A stretch of 64,000 nucleotides of DNA from Octopus sinensis (GCF_006345805.1 NC_043005.1:93558001-93622000), one strand, 5' to 3'. Positions 39,523-54,522 are shown, counted from the first letter of the stretch. Notes: generated by a model from the sequence alone, not told the origin. A program made the numbers and translations.

Positions 39523-41474
39523 TTAATTATATATTTAGAAAAGAAAACGAAACATGTGAAGTAGTTTATAAGATGTTCTAATTGCACCAACGTACATACG
39601 AGCCATCTCCTCATGGCTACCACTGTCACATCTCTCCGATAATATTACGTTTATTTTATGATTTTTTGCACATCTCTGACGTTTTGGCAGCGAATATGGA
39701 TTATATATTTCATAATTTTGTATTGTTACCAATAATCGCCTTATGTTAATGAAACGTACGTAAGATGATGATATATTTAAATATCTTATAAACAACTTCA
39801 CAGGCTTTGTTTTCTTCTCAAAATGGTAATATAAGAATTCTTGAATAAAAGCTAATTGCTATGACAACTGAATAAAAAATATCTTTCAGTGAGAAATACC
39901 AACACAAGAAAAGAATGGAAAAAAAAAGAGAGGGAGAGAATAATTTCGACCAAAAGAAAACAAAGCAAAAATGCTTCATAGAAATATAAAAAGAACGATG
40001 GTTTCTTTGAAGAAATGACGATAATGAAGACTTCAAACGGGTTGTAGTATGACTTGATAAAATTGATTTACTGATGAAGCATTACACCTTAGTCGTATAT
40101 CATTTATAGCGATCGAACGTTCTATGTGGTCACTTGTAGACCTTCTAAAAATAGCAGCTAAATCTCCTTCTAAATACACCCAGTCATTTTGAAAATGGAA
40201 GGTCAAATTGGATAATAGCTTCGTAAATACGCAAAGCGACGGCTGGAAAACCTTTGATCGTACATTTGCTCCAACATGACCGGATCTAAACGACAGCGGC
40301 CAGTAATGGCGATATTGTTGACTCTTGATTCATAACTCTGAGAACAGTCAATCCTGCACTGAAAACATTGATTCGGTTAGCAACAGTCACCAACATCTTT
40401 CTCAGTTTGTCGTCCGAATCAGAAGTTCGATTAATTCACGCTATCGCGGCTAACACTGAGAGAAAAAACATGTAGATACTTGAATCTGGAATGCTGGCTA
40501 AAAGGATTAACCTTTTGCTGTGAACATCTTATAAATCTACATTAGCGTGTACATGATTGTGAAACAAAAAAGAGTAACAAATCTATGGGTCGGCTTATCT
40601 ATCAATGACTAATGTCATCCCAACTCCAACAATCCTAAGGGATTATTCCTAAGACTTGTTGATGGCCATACAAAAAGAGAGCGTTGCAAGAAACTGAATG
40701 CCCCTAAAGTGAAATGGAAGATTTGTTGGGATAGACAAACGAATGCAATGAAGACATTTCTCTTTCAGTACAACCAGTCGCAATGGTGATTAATCGCATG
40801 GCACATGCAAGTTTTTATACCGTGTCTTGTGCTGTTAGACAGTTTTGGTGCGCCCATATTTTGTACTAACATATAGAGTACTTCCACTTTAAGTTGCGGA
40901 TTGTGAGGAGAGACAGCAGTGGGCTGAAGATAAATGAGAAACTGTTGGATAGCTGGCACCGCGGTTAATGTTCGCTACAGTGTGAAGTGATTTGTACTTT
41001 CTGGACTGAGCTGGAAGTTGTTAAAAGATGATGGCATTATCATCCAGAACAATATGGTTTGTTTTTTTTAACTAGGATGGACGTGATCACGAAGCCACTC
41101 TTGGATGTCATAAATAACAGTGACAAATGAAATATACACTGCTGATAGTTGTTATTGACAAACAACGGCAGTAATTTTATTCAGCTGAATATACGTTATT
41201 GATTGGTTGAAATTACCGAAATACGACAACTTTGACGTGAAATTACTTCGTAAATATAAGTTTTTCTTAAAAATGCAATGAGTAAAACATGTTTTATATG
41301 ACACATTCTACCAGTGTCCGAAGTTTGAAAGTGTTTAGTTACAATAACTTATTTCTTTAAATCTGTACGTCAAAAGGTAAAGATCCGATATGAATTGTAG
41401 ATACAAGATTTCAATTATGACAGCGTTTCAAATATATACTCTATCTCTCACTTTCTCTCTCTCAAATATACAAG

Positions 41475-42027
<553 letters not shown>

Positions 42028-42689
42028 TTATAATTTTAACCGTAAATGTATTTTAATATGCTGCCACATTTTTTGATGGAATTTTTTTCTGTAAAAAAAA
42101 CTTCATCCTATATTAGTAGTAGACTTATTACTACTCGCTATAGGGACTGGTAACCACTATGCTCCACGCCACCCGAACACACAGACACAAAACATGCTAA
42201 CGCTTACGAACTCTTAAAATCCACATGATTGTAAAATACGTAAAATAAATAATATTTATCTACCAACAGAAGATAAAGTTTTTTCTACCTATATTTCTTC
42301 TACTGCTTGTACTGATATTAAATCTATCACCTACATCTCTATTATTGCTAGTTATATTGATATTACAATTAGTATAATTAAATTCACAATTATTGTTCGT
42401 TGTGGATCGAGTTATCACATTAATAGTAGTAGTAGTAGTATCTTCATTAGATATATAATTATTGGGACCAGAGACCGAGACCTATGGAAGTATGCTGTGC
42501 GTGAGAAGACCCGGCAAGACTAGTGAAGCCATAACCCGTGGCCCCTACCTGGGACGTAGTCAGTCCGCCTGTGCATACCTTCCTGCTTGTGACACTTGTG
42601 AAGACCTGTTGAGGCAAATCAAATCAAAGTCAAATCGAATCAAGTCAAACCAAATCAAAATAGATGAACATCAATGGAATTTGTATCCT

Positions 42690-43195
42690 TGTGGTACCAG
42701 TGCCGGTGGCACATAAGAAAACCATCCGAACGGGACCGTAGCCAGTACCGCATCGACTGGCCTCCGTGCTGTGGGCACGTAACAAACACCGTCCGAGCGT
42801 GGCCGTCTGCCAGCCTCGTCTGGCACCTGTGTCGGTGGCACATAAAAACACCATCCGAGCGTGGCCGTCTGCCAGCTTCGTCTGGCACCTGTGTCGGTGG
42901 CACATAAAAACACCATCCGAGCGTGGCCGTCTGCCAGCCTCGTCTGGCACCTGTGTCGGTGGCACATAAAAACACCATCCGAGCGTGGCCGTTCGCCAGC
43001 CTCGTCTGGCACCTGTGTCGGTGGCACATAAAATCACCCACTACACTCTCGGAGTGGTTGGCGTTAGGAAGGGCATCCAGCTGTAGAAACACTGCCAGAT
43101 CTGACTGGCCTGGTGCAGCCTTCGGGCTCCCCAGACCCCAGTTGAACCGTCCAACCCATGCTAGCATGGAAAGCGGACGTTAAACGATGATGATG
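42690..43195 (+). mobile_element. SINE-like retroposon (family S5) with (GAT)n tail and an amplified 62-bp unit
   Basis: Units start at 42775, 42837, 42899, 42961 and 43023; body gagtggttggcgttaggaagggcatccagctgtagaaa and tail cgttaaacgatgatgatg are shared with 49999-50307. Confidence 0.8.
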
Positions 43196-43469
43196 AATAT
43201 TATCCCCATTATTGTAATGAGTGCTATTACTAGCTATTTCAATGTTGCTATTGCTATCCTGAATATTATTGTTATTATATTTACTGTTACTATAATTAAT
43301 GTAGCTATAATTGTTATCAACGTTAAATTCGCTGTTTAAGGAACTACTACCAGCTATCTCTAAGTTGTCAGCTTGGCGGTTAGGCATCAAAGCTATAGGG
43401 ATAATGCCTTGGCTGTTGTTATTAGTTTGGTTGCTACCAATATTAACTCCTGGACTGTTGGGGTTTGAT

Positions 43470-43680
43470 TGATCATTATTATGAAAAATGCATCATCCCT
43501 ATATAGACCCCCCTGAAGATCTGGTACCTCTGAGAACAACTTCTTAAGCAGGTAGGCTCCGACCAAGTCAGTTACCTGAGCTGAATCGCTCGAGTCCATG
43601 GCCACATCGAAGCTATCAGGGGTATCGGATCTAGTCCAAAGTTTGCCATCAAATTCGATTACTGTCTTCCTAGCTATCTT
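43470..43680 (-). mobile_element. Penelope-like (Neptune-type) RT core fragment
   Basis: Translates to SFDVAMDSSDSAQVTDLVGAYLL..GGLYRDDA, matching the FDV.MGS.DGAE..ELVG..L / GLYRDD pattern of this PLE group. Confidence 0.8.
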
Positions 43681-44269
43681 TCTTTTATCTTTTCTTTCCT
43701 CTCCATACTCTCCCTATTCCCTTTTCTCTATTTTTTCTATTTCTTATTACTCTTAACGAATTATTCAAAGCCATAAACTACATACAAACGACAATAGTAC
43801 ATAAGTGAATTGACACACATAAGTGAATTGTTACGTGCCCACAGCATGAGTTGAATCTGTATTTATCTTGTGTACAAGTTGAATCTTTGTAGATGGAGAC
43901 GATGTTGGTTATGACGTTATGTCTGTCGCTTGGTTTACGATAGCGTCTTCATATTATGTTTTGCTTGGTTATCGTCTGCCTTTCAAACTGGAACATGGTT
44001 GAGTAAGCTCTGTGTGGTCTCCGACTAAGACCTTAAAAGGTCTTAAGCCAAAAGACATGAATCGTGATATGATCAGTCTATTTAAAGAGTTAAGATGGCT
44101 CAAATGAAAAGTCCTATCCGAAAGCCGTGATTGGTCAGTTTACACACTGGCACGAAGTAAATAGAGAGACAGACCGCGCTTAGATGCTAACCAATCAAAA
44201 TAGTGGACACAACAACGTTAAACTAGCCAAAGATGTTTGTAATCTCAAACGAGATCATTCTTAATATTT

Positions 44270-44603
44270 TTTTCAAACAGTGAAGATAGCAATGAAGAAA
44301 ACAATATTGCTACACTATAACCACCGGTCTTCTTTTAGACTCAAACACAAGGCTAATAGTACATCTTTATCACGTAAAATTTGGGAATTTAAGGACAAAA
44401 ATATCGAATTTAACCTTAGATGGTCCGTTATTGGATCGGCAGCTACTTATAAAAATAATAGAACAGGTTGCCAGCTATGTTGCTCAGAACTTCTAAAAAT
44501 CATTAGATTCAAAGATAAAAACAAGCTAGTTAATAAAAGAGCTGAATGTAAGCCATCTTGCATGCATAAATTAACTAAAACCTTTAAATATTATAATCCT
44601 TAA
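44270..44603 (+). mobile_element. Penelope-like (Neptune-type) GIY-YIG endonuclease, C-terminal fragment
   Basis: YNHRSSF..NSTSLSRKIWEFKDKNIEFNLRWS..CQLCCSE..LVNKRAE..CMH pattern; the GIY-YIG motif itself is missing. Confidence 0.8.
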
Positions 44604-45429
44604 TTCTCCATTGTAATACCTTCACAATCATTTCACATTGGAATTTCAATAATTTACTCCACCCTACCACTACTCAGGTATTAGATTAACTAATCATGGA
44701 CTTACCCTAACAACTCTATCCCCGGATAGTATGCACATACCATTCAATATGGAAAACTTATACTTACTTATGCGTATCTATATGGAACATAGATAATTAA
44801 TCTAACCATTGTCCCTATAATTTAGCATATAACTTCATTAATATATTTATTAATATCAACATTAGATGAGTAATATAGGGTAATAAATACCTAGAATCTT
44901 TTCTCCTAACAATATAAATAAGATGCGGTCACAGGAGTGTGACGAAAGAACTCTGGCCGAAATAAGATTAATGTAAAAAATAAATAACACTGAAGCAAAG
45001 TAACACCAAATATATAGTGCGTGTGTTTTTATTGGCTAAACTGGCAAAATGACCATTCCTAAATACAACAATAATATAAATAAGAGTATTTTACATAGTG
45101 GATAATCTTAAAATCTCTCAAACCAATGCATTTTTCCAATCAATATTATATTATAATATTGTAACAATATTGCTTCGGTACTTTGCTTTTGTATTTTTCC
45201 TTACTCTTTCTTATTTTTCGTATTTTTCTTATTTTTCCTATTTTTTCCTATTTTTCTTATTTTTCATATCGTTTTTATACTTTATTTTTACCGTATATTT
45301 TTCTAATTTTACCGTTTATTTTTATCTTTACATTTAAATTAATTAAAACCAATGTAGATATTTAGATGTGATGCTTCTACGTGTGTGTATGCATGAATCC
45401 ACGGGCGTATATGCATGAAGATTTATACA

Positions 45430-46490
<1,061 letters not shown>

Positions 46491-46509
46491 ATATATATAT
46501 ATATATATA

Positions 46510-46990
46510 ACGGGAAGCTTTATGAAAATAGACAAAAGACGAAGGCAGGTTTACGGAAATAAACAAAAGACGAAGGCAGGTGGAATACAAACAAACAATT
46601 GTATTAGTATGGCGCTCAGGAAATATAAATAAAACAAGTCTTTAACGTTTCGAGCCTACGCTCTTCAACAGAAAGATACACAGAGAAGAAACACAGAAAG
46701 AAGGAGAGAAAAAAAATGCGTACAGAGGCTAGCGAATCAACATGGCGATCTGATTTCGGCCAGAAGTCAAAGATCAAACGTGAGACGCAAGAGCGAAATT
46801 AGGGGAGATAATAGGGTTAAATGACCTCGCTCCAACATAAGAGTGTGTGTGTGTGTGTGTGTGTATGAGAGAGTATTAGTGCGTATGAGAGGTCTGGACG
46901 TGTGTATGTATATATGATGTGATGTGTAAAGTCGTATGGTGTAGTGTAGAGAGAGGAGATGAGGGAAGAGGGGGAGGTAAGGGGGAGAGA
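46510..46990 (-). mobile_element. Inverted copy of the PLE 3' region/pLTR at ~48930-49642
   Basis: acgggaagctt..gtctttaacgtttcgagcctacgctcttcaacagaaaga..aggggagataataggg is the reverse complement of 49365-49642; includes the hammerhead copy at 46639-46676. Confidence 0.85.
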
Positions 46991-47049
46991 TGAGGGGGAG
47001 ATGTAGGTACGTACATATATGTATGTATTTGTTTGTTTTGTTTTGTTTT

Positions 47050-47252
47050 TCCAGTTTCAGCTCTTGAGCTGTGGCCATGCTGGGGCACCGCCATTGTGGT
47101 GAAAGAGTACAGCAGGGATCACCACCCCCTGCCGGAGCCTCGTAGAGCTTTTAGGTGTTTTTTCGCTCAATAAACACACACAACGCCCGGTCTGAGAATC
47201 GAAACCGCGATCCTGCGACCGCGAGTCCGCTGCCCTAACCACTAGGCCATTG
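47050..47252 (-). mobile_element. tRNA-derived SINE, family S3
   Basis: Reverse complement gcaatggcctagtggttagggcagcggactcgcggtcgcaggatcgcggtttcgattc: tRNA-like with A and B boxes. Confidence 0.85.
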
Positions 47253-47611
47253 CATATATTTTATTTATTAAATTGTTATTATATGACTGAGCGCCCTCGC
47301 GTCGTTTCGTTTCTTTCCTCCAAGTAAGTGTTTATATATAATTATTACGCGCACTCTCTAACCCTTTATTTGACCTTTCCTTCCTTCCTGTCTCTCTCCT
47401 TATTTTTCACCCTTTCTGGTTTCCTTTCCTCTCTATATATCTCTCCCTCTCACTCCTCCTCATCTCTCTCACGGCTGAGTGGACTACTAACTTTCTTTTG
47501 CTCGTAGCTTTCTACAAGTCAACATCGACATTTTCTGTCTCTAGAAAGTCGATTCTAAGTTGCGCTCCGAATTTTTCCATCGTCTAGGCTTAAAAAAGCC
47601 CTCAATGTTGG

Positions 47612-49641
47612 TTTCATTGTCCTGTTTTTATTCTTTATGTGTACTGTATTTTTACTTGTATTGCTTTTATGTCTTGTTCTTGTTACTTTTTTTCTTTCCT
47701 TGTTTTACCCCTCTGCAAAAGAATTTTATTTAATTCATTTTGCAGAAAGGACTGCTTCGGCCGGATCGTGTTCTGCCCTTACCTTCGAAACACGCATTGA
47801 GTCGAACCAGGGGCAGCTGATGAAGGGGAATATTCCTTGTATTGTTTGTCTTGTACTCTGTTTTTGCGTTGTTAAAAAAAAAGTCCGTTTCCTAGTTTGT
47901 TTTGTTTTCGTTTCTCGTTGTGTTCAACGTTTATCTGTGGTGTCCTGGCTCACCACTTCACCCTACGTGGATACCCCCTCACCACTATCCACACCGCCCT
48001 TGCCAGAGCACGGTCCGTGGACCGTGTATCTGCTCTCTCTCCCCGAACCCGCCCTGTAGTCTCCCGCCTCCCTTTTCCCCTCACTTACCACCCCACGACC
48101 CTACGTCTCCAACGCACCATTCTTCGAGCTTTCCGTCATCTCCAGTCCAACCCGTCCACTTCACACCTCTTCCCTAACCGACCCCTCCCCTCTTTCAAAC
48201 GAGCCCACAACCTTCGAGACCTTTTGGTCCATAGCTCCTTCCCTGACCCTACCTCCCAACCCGGCTCGTTCCCCTGCTCCCGCCCACGTTGCCGCACTTG
48301 CCCTTACCTCTCCAACACCATCCGCCTCACTAGCACCCACCATCGACCCTATCCCATCATCCACTCCTTCACCTGCACCTCCAGCAATATTATCTATTGC
48401 ATCTCTTGCTCTCTCTGCAATTCCTTGTACATCGGACAAACGGGACGCCGCTTGGCTGACCGGTTCGCGGAACACCTTCGTGACATCCACCTTGCGAACG
48501 ACACACCGGTCTCACGCCATTTCCGCTCCACCGGTCACTCCTTGCAACACCTATCTGTGTTCGGTTTGTCCTTACACAGAGGCCATCCGGATTCCCGTTT
48601 GCGCCGTGAACAGGAATTAATCTTCTCTCTTATACGCCATTTGGTCTCAACTCTCCCCCCCTCCTCATCTAACCCCCCTCTCCCCCCTCCTCACCTATCC
48701 TTTCTCCCCCCGACCCCTACTTCTTCAGTCCTTCATCCTTTCACCCCTACTCCCCTTCCCTTCTTCCCTCTTTCTCCCTCCCTCTTCCCCTTCCCTCTGC
48801 TCCCTCACTCCCTCTCTCCCTTCTCTCTCTCTCCCTCTCCCTCTTTCCTCCTTCATCCCCCTCCTCACCTTCCTTCTCCCCCATCGTCTCCTCTTCCCCC
48901 TTCTCCTCCCCCTCTTCTTCCCCTCCCCTTCTCTCCCCCCTCTTCTCCCCTCCCCCTCTTCTCCTCACTACACCACATGACTTTACACATCACATCACAT
49001 ATGATGTGCCATACTAATACACACACCAACTAATACATACTAATACGTACTAATACATACTAGTACATACTAATACTTACACCAACCCTATACATACACA
49101 CGTCCAGACCCCGCATACGCACTTATACTCTCTCACACACACACACACACACCTATACATACCAATACGTACTAATACATACTAATACATACACCAACCC
49201 CATACATACGCACGTCCAGACCAATCTTACGCACTAATACTCTCTCATACACACACACACACACACACACCCTTATACATACTAATACATACACCAACCC
49301 TATACATACACACATCCAGACCCCTCCCACGCACTTTTAGCTGGTCCCTCAACCCTTTTATCAACCCTATTATCTCCCCTTATTTCGCTCTCGCGTCTCA
49401 TGTTTGATCTTTGACCTCTGGCCGAAATCAGATCGCCATGTTGATTCGTTAGCTACTGCACGCATTTTTTTCTCTCCTTCTTTCTGTGTTTTTCTCTCTC
49501 TGTGTATCTTTCTGTTGAAGAGCGTAGGCTCGAAACGTTAAAGACTTGTTTTATTTATATTTCCTGAGCGCCATACTAATACAATTGTTCGTTTGTTTTC
49601 CACCTGCCTTCGTCTTTTGTTTATTTTCATAAAGCTTCCCG

Positions 49642-49642
<1 letters not shown>
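47612..49642 (+). mobile_element. 5'-truncated Penelope-like element: GIY-YIG endonuclease ORF end, low-complexity spacer and pLTR, preceded by a 335-bp repeat (Y)
   Basis: ORF ~47947-48640 LRGYP..LTYHP..CSRPRCRTC..FTCTSSNIIYCISCSLCNSLYIGQTGRRLADRFAEH; hammerhead at 49507-49544; ends at (TA)n. Confidence 0.9.
49507..49544 (+). ncRNA. Minimal type I hammerhead ribozyme with a CUGUUGA (A6U) core
   Basis: UCUUU-CUGUUGA-A-GAGC(GUAG)GCUC-GAA-ACGU-U-AAAGA; loopless palindromic stem III as in dimer-forming PLE hammerheads; identical copy at 46639-46676 (-). Confidence 0.7.
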
Positions 49643-49711
<69 letters not shown>

Positions 49712-49857
49712 TGTATATATACATAGAGATGTAGGTACGTACATATATGTATGTATGTATGCATATATTTTATTTATTAAATTGTTATTATATGACAGAG
49801 CGCCCTCGCATCGTTTCGTTTCTTTCCTCCAAGTAAGATTTCATATATATATATATA

Positions 49858-49909
<52 letters not shown>

Positions 49910-49931
49910 TATATATATATATATATATATA

Positions 49932-50430
49932 CTAGCTTAAGGTGACCCGCTCTACACGCGGGTAAGAGTGTAGTTGTTACTTTCTGTTTCTTCCTTTCGG
50001 CACGTAAAAAGAACCATCCGAACGTGGCCGATAGCAGCACCGCCTTGACTGGCTTCTGTGCCAGTGGAACGTAAAAAGCACCAACCGATCGTGGCCGCTG
50101 CCAGCCCCCCTGGCACCAGTGCCGGCGGCACGAAAACAGCACCCACTACACTCACGGAGTGGTTGGCGTTAGGAAGGGCATCCAGCTGTAGAAAAACTGC
50201 CAGATCAGACTGGAGCCTGGTACAGCCTCCTGGCTTCCCTGACCCCAGTCAAACTGTCCAACACGTGCTAGCACGAAAAACGAACGTTAAACGATGATGA
50301 TGATGATTCTCCCTCTTTGTTTCTCTCTCCTTTCTCTCTCACTTTCCCACTCTCTTACTCTTCCTTTCTCTCGGACTCTCCCTCGCTTTCTCTTACTCTC
50401 TATCTTTATCTATCTCTCTCCCATTTATAA
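49932..50430 (-). mobile_element. Helitron-like element (same family as 11210-11686) interrupted by an S5 SINE (49999-50307, +)
   Basis: A|CTAGcttaaggtgacccgc-tctacac-gcgggt end; the CT-rich body resumes at ~50308 and matches the reverse complement of 11490-11600. Confidence 0.8.
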
Positions 50431-51113
50431 ACAACAAAAGATCTTGAGTAAGTTGAGAAATAAAATATTTTGAAAGATCAATCATAAATATCAGGCAGTC
50501 ACAACGGAAAGGTCTGCTTCAAGGCAGACAGCAAAACACTAACATTTAAAAGGGACAGACGAACTTGCGAGCTGGATAAAAATTTTTAAAATATTGGAAA
50601 CCAAAGTTTGAAGGGATAGAATCTGAGGATAGTAGAGTCACCATGGCTGGCATTTTTTAACGACGGACAGCAACGTAGTGGCAGTTTAACGGCTGGTGTA
50701 AAATTTTGAACTTGATGTAAAAGAAAATTCCTAAACACCAAGCTTTGAGGTAATTCTTTCTCACGACAGTAGACTCACCATGGCAAGCATTCAAAACTTC
50801 TTCATCGTGGACGGCAACACATTGACGATTTAAAGGCTGGCGCAAATTTTTTAGCTTGATGTAACAGAGAATTCCTAAACACCCGCTCCTGTAAATTTTA
50901 ATCCCCTTCCAGCCACATTTAGACCTCTTTTCACATTTCGGTTAATATAACCCGATTTCATTCGGGTCTACTCGGGCCACATTTTATAAGATGAGGAATT
51001 TTGTCCTAGAGGTCACGCCTTTCATTTGAGGAAACAAATAGTTGCCATGCAAACTCGCCAGCACTTTTAAAATAGGTGTGTATATTTTCAGCACAACCGA
51101 CCACATAATGCAC

Positions 51114-51182
<69 letters not shown>

Positions 51183-51205
51183 CATATGTGTATACACACA
51201 CACAC

Positions 51206-51240
<35 letters not shown>

Positions 51241-52055
51241 AAAATTAAATTAGAGATAGGCAAATCAAACAGTGAAAAGCATAAACCAAAACATAAAAAT
51301 AAAAATATAATATACAAAATATAGAAAATAGAAAATTTTAAAATTTAGATCATTTAAATTTAAAATTAAAATTATTAATTTATATTTATAATTATTTTTT
51401 AAATATATATAACTATCAAAAAGTATTAAAAAGTTTAATATACATAAATACAGATATATACACTTTGTATATATACATTATATATACATATTTATATGTA
51501 GAACACACACACATGTAAATTAACCCAATAAATATCTGATTCATAATATTTGTTCTCATGATTGTGTGGTGGTGGTGGTGGTGGTGGTGGTTGTGGCGAT
51601 GATAATTCTCCCTATGAATGCAGACAGACGTAGAGAGAGAGAGAGTGTGTGTGTGTAAAAGCGCTGTCGAAGGCGGGGAGGGGGGAGATATAAGACGTTG
51701 TGAAACGACGTTATAAAGAGAAAGTGAAGGGACGTAGACGCTGTGAAACGACGTTTTAGATAGGATGTGAAAGGAAGGGAGGAAAGAGAGTGAATGATGG
51801 AGGAAGACAGATACATAAAAGAATGAGAGTAGACTTGTCAAAGTGCGTTTTTGACCCTAGCAACGACACCTTTTAAGATGGGGATTTCTAACCTAGCCCA
51901 CTCGCATCCTCACCTCATTTTACATGTCAATGTAAATTTTGGAGTCAATCCGACGGAATCTAGTGGCCTTTAACCCGTTCTCAATGCCAAAACCAGACAA
52001 ACAAACAAACTTTTCGCATTTCAGAATTATAATATAGAATATAGATATATATATA

Positions 52056-52223
52056 CCGGAGTAAACACATAAATGTGAAACAAGGTGGAAAAAAAGAGTA
52101 CTCAAATACTAGTGGTAGAGTAATATGCTTTATTTAAAGCAGCAGAAAATTCTACAAAACCTGTTACTCTGAGTTTCACGAAACTCAGAGTAGCAGTAGA
52201 ATTTTCTGCTGCTTTAAATAAAG
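52056..52223. mobile_element. Fold-back fragment of a probable PLE pLTR between (TA)n tracts
   Basis: 52128-52155 pairs with 52196-52223 and 52165-52177 pairs with 52180-52192; contains GAAACUCAGAGUA, the 3' half of a hammerhead. Confidence 0.6.
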
Positions 52224-52268
52224 TATATATATATACATCTCGCTCAGAGATTTATTATTGCTTATATA

Positions 52269-52374
<106 letters not shown>

Positions 52375-53742
52375 TATGTATATATGTATATGTGTGAGTA
52401 TGTGTGTGTATATATATGTATATATATATATATATGTATGTGTGTGTATGTATGTATATATATATGTATATGTATGTGTTTATGTATATATATGTATATG
52501 TGTGTGTATGTATGTATGTATGTATGTATATGTGTGCGTATGTGTGAGCGTGTGTGAACATGTACACACACGCACACATATATATATATGTATATATATA
52601 TATGTTTATCGAGTTTTACATGGGTGTGGTTATGTGTGTGTACAGATACCCGTACATATCATTGGTTGTATGAAACAGGTTTATATATGTGCGCGTGGGT
52701 AAGTATGTACACACACACACACACACACACACCACACACACACACATACTAGATATACTTAAAGCATGTAGTGACAGATTGCTATAAACTGACCACTCAC
52801 TACAACAATATCAAATTTCATTCCCCCTCCTCCGATAATCAGAAGTAATATATGACACTTAGCGCATCAAAAACCAAAATCTCAAATATTGTAACATCTT
52901 ATCTCTCTATCTTAATTCTTTTGTCTTTACGATCACTTTATATCTTTTATTTTTATTTATTTGTGTATATTTTACATTTTTACAATACATTTCTATTATT
53001 TACGGTTTTATACCTTACGTTTTTTTATATTTTTTATATATTTTTATATATTTTTTATATTTTTTTATATTTTTATATCTTTTATATTTTATTATATTTT
53101 ATTGTATTATATTCATTTATATTATATTCATTTATATTTATATTTTTTACTTAGGATCCCAACATTATTACCTTTTTCTCCATTTTTTCCTCCTCTTCCC
53201 CTTCTTTTTCTTCCCACTTTTCTCTCTTTCTTTCCTCTCCATACTCTCCCTATTTCTTTTTTTCTATTTTTTCTATTTCTACTTTTCTCCACCTTTACTT
53301 CTCCTTATTTCCTTCCCTTACAAGATGAATGAACCCACTCTAATCTACTCAACATTCACTCTATGTTGACTGATGATGGATTTTTGAGGTCCAATGATAC
53401 CCTACATACCTATTTGATTATGAAGATTTAGAACCTTACTTTCTCAGTGAAACTCAATATACCCACCATTATAGACAATACAAAGTGTACATTTTCGGTT
53501 TTTTTCATAATGTGATGGAAGTCTTTGGTATAGCAATTGCATGCGGCTGAAGAGAGTTTTAAACCATCTGTTATGTCGATTATACATTGATGTAAGAATA
53601 GGTTGTTGTATAAAGCTTGAAACACGTGTACCGCGACATCCTTTGTGTTCTGTTTTTTTATTTCATTTGATGCATATACCCTCTCACCTCTGCTACTAGC
53701 TGGCATATACAGGTGCTTACACTTATCAAGTATTCACCCTGA

Positions 53743-53784
<42 letters not shown>

Positions 53785-53841
53785 GAAATATTAAAATTAC
53801 TAAGTCTCTCTAAAAGAGAACAACGGCAGCGTTCCCGGAAA

Positions 53842-54221
53842 ATATTAGTTATCGCCATACTAATATGGCATTCTTATAAAAATAAGAATAAAGCTGACCG
53901 CTTATTAGCTCCATGAGGCCATCGCCTTAAGTTAGCTATTTGATACACAAACTGTATCCATATAAATAAAACCTTTGAACAGAGATTGTCAGAAGCGACA
54001 CCTACTGGTTTGGCTACGCTGCATTGAAAAGGGGCAATACCCCGAAACGCGTCTGTAGCTGCCAGCCAAGTAGTGTGGAGCGACTGACCTCCCTTGTTCA
54101 AAGGTTATATGGATACAGTTTGTGTATCAAATAGCTAACTTAAGGCGATGGCCTCATGGAGCTAATAAGCGGTCAGCTTTATTCTTATTTTTATAAGAAT
54201 GCCATATTAGTATGGCGATAA

Positions 54222-54228
<7 letters not shown>
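53842..54228 (+). mobile_element. Probable PLE pLTR with a 124-bp inverted duplication of its 3' end
   Basis: 53842-53965 is the reverse complement of 54105-54228; a hammerhead lies in the spacer; (TA)n follows. Confidence 0.75.
54018..54059 (+). ncRNA. Minimal type I hammerhead ribozyme with a U3-A8 compensatory core (UUGAAAA)
   Basis: GCUGCA-UUGAAAA-GGGG(CAAUA)CCCC-GAA-ACGCGU-C-UGUAGC: 6-bp stem I, 4-bp stem II, palindromic stem III, GUC triplet. Confidence 0.8.
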
Positions 54229-54286
<58 letters not shown>

Positions 54287-54522
54287 GGTGGTGGGTTGTT
54301 GTTCTATCCATATGCTATATGTGTGGTTGTGTGTATGTGTGTGTAGGTAAGTAGGTTGGAAGAAAGGACAGTACGTAAAGTAAACATACACTCATAAAGC
54401 TCATAAATGGACTAATGCGGAATTTAAGGGGCAATAAAAACTAAATGAGAAATTGGACGCCCATTGTCATAATCAAAAGCTTCTCTGTGACAGTTTAGTA
54501 GTTTTATTATTGCTATTAATAA

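Noticed and set aside
42775-43035. 62-bp repeats, and 23-bp repeats at 55975-56112, as CRISPR arrays
   Set aside because: They are head-to-tail tandem units without unique spacers, with no cas genes, in a eukaryotic context.
47780-47845. GAAAC..GTC..CTGATGA-AGGGG in repeat Y as a permuted hammerhead
   Set aside because: Stem I does not pair and no GAAA follows stem II; treated only as a degenerate half-motif.
53360-53400. CTGATGA-TGGA..TCCA (and GTGACGA..CGAAA at 44940-44975)
   Set aside because: GAAA or the stems are missing; at most decayed PLE hammerheads.
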